This document shows, in pieces, positions 56,428 through 64,000 of a stretch of 64,000 nt of DNA. This DNA is from Callorhinchus milii (lineage: Eukaryota): the NCBI RefSeq assembly GCF_018977255.1, contig NW_024704758.1, positions 5,704,001 through 5,768,000 of the forward strand, written 5' to 3'. The notes beneath the pieces were generated by a model. It did not search any database, was not told the origin of the DNA, and saw nothing but the letters and a program-made list of their open reading frames with translations. The position numbers and the translations under genes are program-made. The stretch's first letter is position 1. Each line of letters opens with the position of its first letter.

Positions 56428-57567
56428 ATGGACATCGCCGTGGTTGACTTTGGGTCCTTTGGCTTAGGCAAAGCCCAGCCCTCGGCCAAGGAACTGCAAC
56501 GATTGAGCTCTGAGATGATGAGGGCCTTCACTGACATTGGGTTTGTGTACCTCAAGAACACTGGGTTTGAACAACAAAACGTGAGTACCATTCATTACCC
56601 ACACTCTGTTGGCTAATATTACACCGTGGTGCTACATGTCATGTCAAGTCACTAACTTTCTTTTCCTTTTATAAAGCAGCTGTATCTGATGCAAACTTTA
56701 ACAATTCTGATTCTGCAACTGAAAAAGCTCAGCTTTGAAAATCCACGGATGTTTGCCTTTTTTTTAAAAAAAAATCACAGACCGCAGGGTTTTATAATTT
56801 TTCACTTAATTGCTCTGTAGGTATTCAGAACAATGGAGATCTGCAAGAAGTTTTTCGTGCTTCCCAGAGACATTAAAAACCTGTATTCCCATTCAGTTGA
56901 CTCCAATGTATTCCATCATGGTTGGGTTCCAGGAGAGGCCGAAAGGTAGGATTCCTTGAAGCACTTCCCACAGGTAGAACTGTCAAGCGCTCTGGGACCC
57001 TACCCTGTGTCAAGGGCCCTATATAAATGCATGTTGCTCTTGTTGTTATAACATGGCTGTTTATGGGACACCGCTGTGCGCAAAATAGGCTGCTGCGGTT
57101 GCCTTCAGATAAAGTCACGGCACTTCACTGTAAAATCCTTGCGAAGCAAATAGGTCCTCTCTGACATGAATGTCACTCTACCAAATCTAAGGAAATTTCT
57201 AGGTGATGAATTCTGAATATAAAGGCTCAGGGTGGGATGCATTGGGTATGAAAATTAAAATAGAAATATTTCTTCTTCCCAGATTAAACCCCAATCGTCC
57301 TGCCGACCAGAAGGAAGCTTATGATGTGACAGGATCACCAAATCATGTGAGATCTCAGAGCACAGGTCATTGTTGCACGTCATACATGTGCTCAGCTCGG
57401 ACATGATTTTAATGAGAAGTTGGCCAGACCATGAGATTGTCATTGAACTTCCTTCTCTACAAGCTGAGTTCACATTCAGATCAGAGCAATTGTAGGAAAA
57501 TCTGAATCTTGCACTGAACATGGTTCCATATAGCTTGATAAGAGACACAAAGAGCTTCTGGGCAAAG
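56428..57567 (+). pseudogene. 2-oxoglutarate/Fe(II)-dependent dioxygenase (isopenicillin N synthase-like family), exons 1-3 intact, exon 4 degenerate
   Basis: Exons 56428-56580 (MDIAVVDF..AFTDIGFVYLKNTG), 56821-56945 (..KKFFVLP..HHGWVPGEAE), 57283-57346 (RLNPNRPADQKEAYD). About 57415-57567 gives WP..HKELLGK with a stop and frameshift. No catalytic HxD exons were found before the next copy. Confidence 0.7.
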
Positions 57568-60500
57568 GTTTAGAGTGATTGTCATTAACCCTTACACTGT
57601 CAGCAAGCTTCCCAAATGTCCAATCTTTCACAGTTAGTCTGTTTTAGTACTTACACTGCAACGCTGAAATAAAACAGCAATTAATCAGTCTCAGTAGTCC
57701 AGGTCCTGAGCCAGGTGGGTCCACGGTATTCCCGGGCACTGCTGATGACAACACAGCCAGCCTGGCTCATCAGCAGGACCTGCAAGGGCAGACGAGTCAC
57801 TGGAAACGGAGTCATCCCAATCAGCTCCTGTTAACCCTGCAAGCCAAAGCCCTAACGGGTAAGGTGGTCCAAGCTGGACAAGCAGCAGGAAAGTTTGCCA
57901 GACAGCAATATCATGCTGTGCGGTTTTAACTGGTTAGAGAGTGCACATTCCATTCCAACAATCTATCACTGGGATTTCCATGTGTAGGTGGGTTGCATGG
58001 AAATCACAGCTTGGTTTGGATATTTGTAAGCACGGTGATGGGTTTCTGCATGTGTCAGACACTCAGCTGACCAAAATAAAATAGCCAGAATTGAGAAGTT
58101 CAGTCCCATAGGATCTGCACTCTGTCTGAGAGACTGAGATTGACAAGATCAGACTGTTAAATTATAAAGGAGATGGAATTTGTGGCTCGAAGGGAGAAGA
58201 GCAGACAACAAACAAGCAGACTTGGTTAAAGGATTACTGCAAGCAAACCTCCCCCACACAGGCTTGATCACCTAATAGTTTGGAACTACGCACCACAGTT
58301 TTAAGTGTATTATAACTGTTGTGCTATACCATTTTAGCTTGGTAAATATCAATGTCTATCTTGATTTATCATGGGGTTTCACAAGCTCAAGTGACCTTTA
58401 CACTAAAAGTAATAGTTACTTTAAAAGATCTAATAGTAGATTTTGGGATCTCGTACCTTCAAAAAATAAACTGCACAATTTTCAGTTATTCAACCAAACT
58501 CGATAAATGGTTAATGTTTTCATAATACATGTTATTATTAAAATCAGTAGTTTTTTTCTACGATTGATTGAAACCACTTAGACCTTAGCTTCTGAAGAAT
58601 AATTCTGTGGTTCCTTTATCACTCTATTAATGTACTAGTGCCCTGTGTTAACATTTACTGTCAAAATAAAGTGTTATATTGTACGCTGCATTCATTCTCT
58701 GGAATCTTGTGCGCTAGCTGCCACATTTCACCTACAAAATACACAGGCAATCCACTTTACAGTATATCCTGTGAAGTACTTTGACACGTCTCAACAACGT
58801 GATAAGGTACTATATCAAATGCAAGATTATTATTATCTTATTTGGTAATCTTTCCAAACCTAGATTTTGAGTCTCAACCATTCACCTAGTACCAATAAAA
58901 AGGATGCCACACAGAGAGAAAAAGAGAGACAGATAGAATGAATTGGGCCCTTGTTTCCCAGAAAAGTGCCTGAGGAAAGAATTCTGGTTTGCGTTCACAT
59001 CATAGTGACTCTAAGAATAAAGAATAAAGAATTAAGAATAAAGCATCAAAATGGGATGTGCTGAATGAGGGGAACAATATACAAGTGTTGAAAACTATCC
59101 AACTCCCCCAATCCCTCCCCAAAATCACACGCACTCTCACACAGAGCTTTCCAAGTGTGTTTGCCACTTCTGCCTGTCATAAATTCAGCCATTGCAGTAT
59201 AAGCATTCAACAGGGTTAGGAGCTGGTAAGTAGACTGCCAAAAAGCTAAGGCATTTAGAATACATAGTTCGAACGGAAGTGTACATGATCTGAATGTTGA
59301 GTAACAAACAGAGCTACGGAAATGGCAGAGGTTTGGCTGCTTATTGTTTCACATTCAAAACATTTCGGTCACTGGCATGTTTTGGGGTGAGGGATAATGG
59401 TGGCAATGTCTTCCATCATTCTGAACATTTTCAACCCATTCTTGGCAATGAAACGGAGAGTCCGTCTGAAGCTGAGATGACCCTGAGATGGCAATGTTGG
59501 AGGATGGAACATTGAAGAAATTGTGTTTCACTGACCTCCACGTTCAAAGACCCGACATGTCACACGTTTAAAAAAATACAAGAGGAGGGAAGATCCTGTG
59601 GGAGAGAAATATTCTGCTCAGTCTCTGAGTTCTAATTCTTCGACATGTGCTTAGTTCAGAGTGGAAATTACTGTGGAGTGTTCAACCCGACCATTGGTTG
59701 CATGATTCAGATAAAGAAAGTTGCTATTCAGGCGAATTATCAGTGTTGTGCAGATTGGTTGTGTATTCATTATTTTCCCCCATCAAATATACACTTTACA
59801 GTATATCTTGTGAAGCGCTTTGAGGTGTCCTCCTCATGTGAAAGGCGCTATAAAAAAATGCAAGCATTGTTAATATTACACACAATGAAAATGTTTGATT
59901 AAATGAAATTAAAACAAATTATATTCATATTGGTAAATTTTTTTTTGAAAAGACAGGTTAAAAAAAATTCTTGATAGAGTGCCTTTTATATCGGGAGGAT
60001 GTCTCAAAGTAATTCACCTGATACACTGTAAACTAATGTTAACGTAGGAAAATGATGAGTTAGGCTGACACACAATTATGCTTAATCCCTTGCGTTACAA
60101 ATATGTGGGTGAGAGATGTGAGGTCACATATTTCACTGTGATTAAGTATGATCTATGAGGGTGGCCTTGAAAGTAACTATGGATCCTGACCTCTTGACAA
60201 GATATCTAGCGGCTGGTTAAGTGCTGTTTACAGATTGGAAGTCAATGAATTATTAGTTCAGCTTCTTTCACAGAGGAGCCAAGCTGGAAGAATTCATGTC
60301 CCTAGTAAATTTTTAACTTAACTTGAGAGCAATATTTCGTAAAACCATCACTGCATCGCTCTGTAAAACAAAACAGGCTGCTGTGCTGGAGGTCACTGGT
60401 TGGTGGCTGAGATGTTAAACCGAGATCCCGTCTGCCCATTCAGGTGGACATTAAAGTTCCTGTGGCAGTAGCCGAAGAGAGAAGGGAGTTTCTCCTATTG

Positions 60501-61510
60501 TCCTGATCAACAAGCCTTCAGATAAAATCGCTCCCTCATTAATTGGCTGTTTGTGGGACATTACAGTGTGCAAATTGGCTGTTGCGTTCACCTACAAATA
60601 CACAGTTACTACATTGTACAGTACATCCTTTGTAAATTTTGATTTTTTTACTCGTTCTTTTTTGCCCAGATCATGACTTGCATTAAAATTTAAATGGTGT
60701 ACACAATTACCATTGGCAGAACCTGAACCTGTGTCAGATCACAAAAACTGATTTAATGCGTTAATATGTATACAGGCCACATTTCACAAGTAGGCTGCGG
60801 CCAGCCAACTTTGTGAGCAAATAGTTTGTCACGATTTTAAACAGTATTTGCAATAGGAGTCATCTGATAAAAGTGCTTGCTTGTGATCGCGCCCAAGGTT
60901 CAACTGCAGAGTTCTCAGACAGGAGATCTGGGAGCAACTCAAATCCAATTCATAGCATCTGAGGATTGCGCGTGAGGGGAATAACACAGAAGAAAAGGTG
61001 TGGGAGGAGAGGAAAAGAGAATTTTAGGTGAAGTTTTTAAAATCTATGTGATAATAATCCTTGCATTTGATATAGCACCTTATTATGTCATTTTAGACAT
61101 CTCAAAGAGCTTTAATATTTAATATTTTGTCTAGTTGGGACATTGCTGTGCGCAATTGGCTGCTGCGTTCGCCCACAAATATACAGTCAATTCACTTAAC
61201 AGTGGAAGAGGATGTTTCACGTACAAGGCGAAATTTCACTGAAAATACCAGTTTCAAGAAGCAATTCTTAGCTTCCTCCTTGACTGGTTTGCAGTGTTTT
61301 TGATAGGTCTGGCTCTTTCCTCTGGGCAGGTATCCGTTTCCTTCACCTCACACAGAGTCCAAAGATTCCCCCATATCTGGAGAGCACAATTGAGGCAAGA
61401 AACCTAAGAATGAAGTGAGAACATTTTCTCTCAGTCTGATTCTCACTTTTCTATTGTAACAATTATTTTGTTGTGTTTATTTACTAGAAATCTATCATCC
61501 TTGGGCTGAG

Positions 61511-61663
61511 ATGGACATCACCGTGGTTGACTTTAGCTCCTTTGGCTTAGGCAAAGCCGAGCCCTCGGCCAAGGAACTGCAACGATTGGGCTCTGAGATT
61601 ACGAGGGCTTTCACTGACATTGGGTTTGTGTACCTCAAGAACACTGGATTTCAACAACAAAAT
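61511..61663 (+). CDS. Exon 1 of a second 2OG-Fe(II) dioxygenase copy
   Basis: 153 nt, MDITVVDFSSFGLGKAEPSAKELQ..GFVYLKNTGFQQQN, donor AAT|gtgggt; the rest is not in the window. Confidence 0.8.
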
Positions 61664-61829
61664 GTGGGTACCATTCATTATCACACTCTATTGGCTTTGC
61701 TACACCATGTTATTACATGTCATCTGACATCACTAACTTCCTTTATATAAGGGTGAAGTATGCAACTTTTCAATACATTTCTTGTGTTAATTTGTTTTGG
61801 GTGAGCCCGGTGGAATCCAATCACAATAC

Positions 61830-63470
61830 ACAACAGCAACAAAATTACATTTGTATAGTGCCTTTCACGTTGGGAGGACATCCCAAGGCACCGGACAGAC
61901 AGAGTTACAGACCCGAGCTGGGGATTGGGGTGGGTGGAGGGCAGTGGGGGGGGAAGCAGGGAGATTGAAAGCACGTTCGAAGAGGGACGTCTTGAGATGG
62001 GTCTTGAAGGTGGTTAGGGAGAGGTTAAGGTGGAGGGACTACGGGATGGAGTTCCAGAGGGTGGGGTCAGAGTGGCGGAAGGTTAGTGTGCCAATAGTGG
62101 GGCGGGTGAGGTGGAGGACGTGAAGCAGGCCGGAGCCCGCTGAGCGGAGGGAGTGAGCAGGATGGTAGGGAGTTAGGAGGTCGCAGAAGTAGGGGGGAGC
62201 AAGTCTGTGGAGGGCTTTGAAGGTGAAGACCAGGATCTTGAACTGTATCCTCTGTGTGATGTTAATCCAGTGGAGTTGGGCAAGGATGGGGGTGATAGGG
62301 TCGCAGAGCTTAGTGCGGGTGAGGACACAGGTTGCAAGTTCAGGATAATCTGCAGCCTGTAGATGAAGGAGTTGGGGCGACCTACAAGCAATGCGTTTCC
62401 ATAGTCAAGCCTCGATGTAATGAAAGCATGTATGAGGGTTTTGGCGGCCTGCCATGTGATACAGAGGTGGGACCAGGTGACGTTGCGGAGGTGGGGGAAG
62501 GCAGAGTGGGTCATGGCGCAGATGTGCGGTAGAAAGGATAGTTGAGGGTCGAACAATACCCCAAGGTTCCAGACTGGCTTAACAAGGTGTGCAACCATGG
62601 ATGGTAATGCTGTCAGCACCTGAGGTGAGGAGGCACTGATGGGAGCCAATTAGTAGAGCCTCGGTCTTGTTGACATTCAACTGAAGAAAGTTAGCTCTCA
62701 TCCAGGTCTTGATGTCTAACAGACATTCTGTAAGCACAGCAGTGGTCCCGGAGTCAAGGGTGGAGGCAGAGAGGTAGAGTTGGGTGTCATCCGCATACAC
62801 GTGGAAGTTGACCCCATGTCTGCAGATGATGTCATCAAGAGGGAGCATATAGATATTGCAGAGGAGGCGACCAAGGACAGAGACCAGAGGAATACCAGGT
62901 CAAGGGAGTGACCGCGGACATGGGTGGAGGAGTGAATGTGGAAGGAGAGATTGAGGGAGGAGATAAAGGAGGAAAAGTCAGTGGAGGTAGAGCAGGAGGG
63001 AGTGAAGTGAAGGTTGAAATCGCCTTGGATAATGAGGCGTTCGGAACAGATGGCAAGGGAAGATAGGAGGGTGGAGATGTTGGGGGTGAATGTGGGGGAG
63101 GACTCGGGGAGGACGGTAGATAAAGAGAATTTTGAGGGAAAGGTCGGAGGGGTGATAAAGGTTAAGGCGCTCAAAGCAGAGGAAAGTTCCAGAGGAATAA
63201 GGAAATAGACTGAGCGGGGACCAGGAGATGAGAGCCACACCGCCACCAAAGTGGTTAGGGCATGGGATATGATGGAATGTGCAGCCGGGTGATGTGACCT
63301 CTATCAGGGGGAAGGTTTGGCGAGGGAGAGAATGTCGATGTTTTCATCGACGATGAGGTCTTGGATGGTGAGTGGTTTGTTGGAGAGGGAGCGGACATTT
63401 TGTAGACCGATGCGGAGGGGACAGTTTGTGGCGGAAAGTGGGGTGCGAGGAGGAGGACTTACAGGGAAGG
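61830..63470 (-). mobile_element. L2-clade LINE, internally deleted and degenerate
   Basis: APE endonuclease start (LRIGLQNVRSLSNK) and end (GHSLDLVF) joined directly to RT motif YADDTQLY; L2-type 3' tail at ~61830-61890. Confidence 0.85.
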
Positions 63471-64000
63471 TGGGAATATGTATACATAAGAGTATCCCAC
63501 CAGACTGAGAGTTCCACATATGTTTTCCAATTACTCATGGAAATTTCCCTGTGTCTGGAATGGAATGCACATTCTCTCCCTGGAGAGACACCCACTGCTT
63601 ACTTAATTCTGGAGAGTATTATGGTTTGGTCAGCAAGAGCCAAGGCTTGAGTACCCCAGAGTGTGTATTAGGGTAACTGCTAGTGTTTAACCAGCAAAAA
63701 CCATAGAGCTTGCTAGTAAGAGCACTGTGTCGCAAGCTTCCCCCTGCTTGTGCACGTAGAGCCCTCCTTCCCATTAGGGGATTGGTTTGCAGGATAAACA
63801 GGAAGAGAATTCCATTGGAATCCTGCTACTGAGCCAGGCTGACTGATGCGTTAATTAGCACAATGAATCCCCACAGACTTTAGCCCATCATAACTATATT
63901 CAAACATAATGTTCCTCTTAATCTCCCTCTTACAACCTCTATTTCCAATCAACAAGTGGAAACGGATCTTCGATGTCCAATTTATTCAGTCAGCTTCTAC

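Noticed and set aside
59250-59560. Possible terminal exon of a minus-strand gene
   Set aside because: Short open frame without recognisable homology or a clear acceptor

Overview
Vertebrate genomic DNA, most likely a cartilaginous fish. This is inferred from tRNA-head/L2-tail SINEs, L2 and CR1 LINE fragments and a Penelope-type inverted repeat. Positions ~0.1-52 kb hold a minus-strand tandem cluster of three B7-H6/NCR3LG1-like IgSF genes: A1 (~2.86-23.6 kb), B (27.1-32.9 kb) and A2 (37.1-51.2 kb, a near-identical paralogue of the A1 5' part). Each has a leader, an IgV exon and a single 444-nt IgC1+transmembrane exon. After the transmembrane helix each carries an array of Ig-C1-like exons (10 in A1, 3 in B, 6 in A2) and a short terminal exon. 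These post-TM domains are predicted to be cytoplasmic, all lack the canonical B-F strand disulfide pair, and vary in number through exon-unit duplication and recombination between paralogues. In both A genes the first post-TM exon is 422 nt and breaks the reading frame, which may act as a short/long isoform switch. The 52-64 kb region has an orphan IgC1 exon with a stop codon, two partial plus-strand copies of a 2OG-Fe(II) oxygenase gene (the first degenerate) and an internally deleted L2 LINE. Exon boundaries were read by hand from AG/GT sites and phase. No transcript evidence was available.
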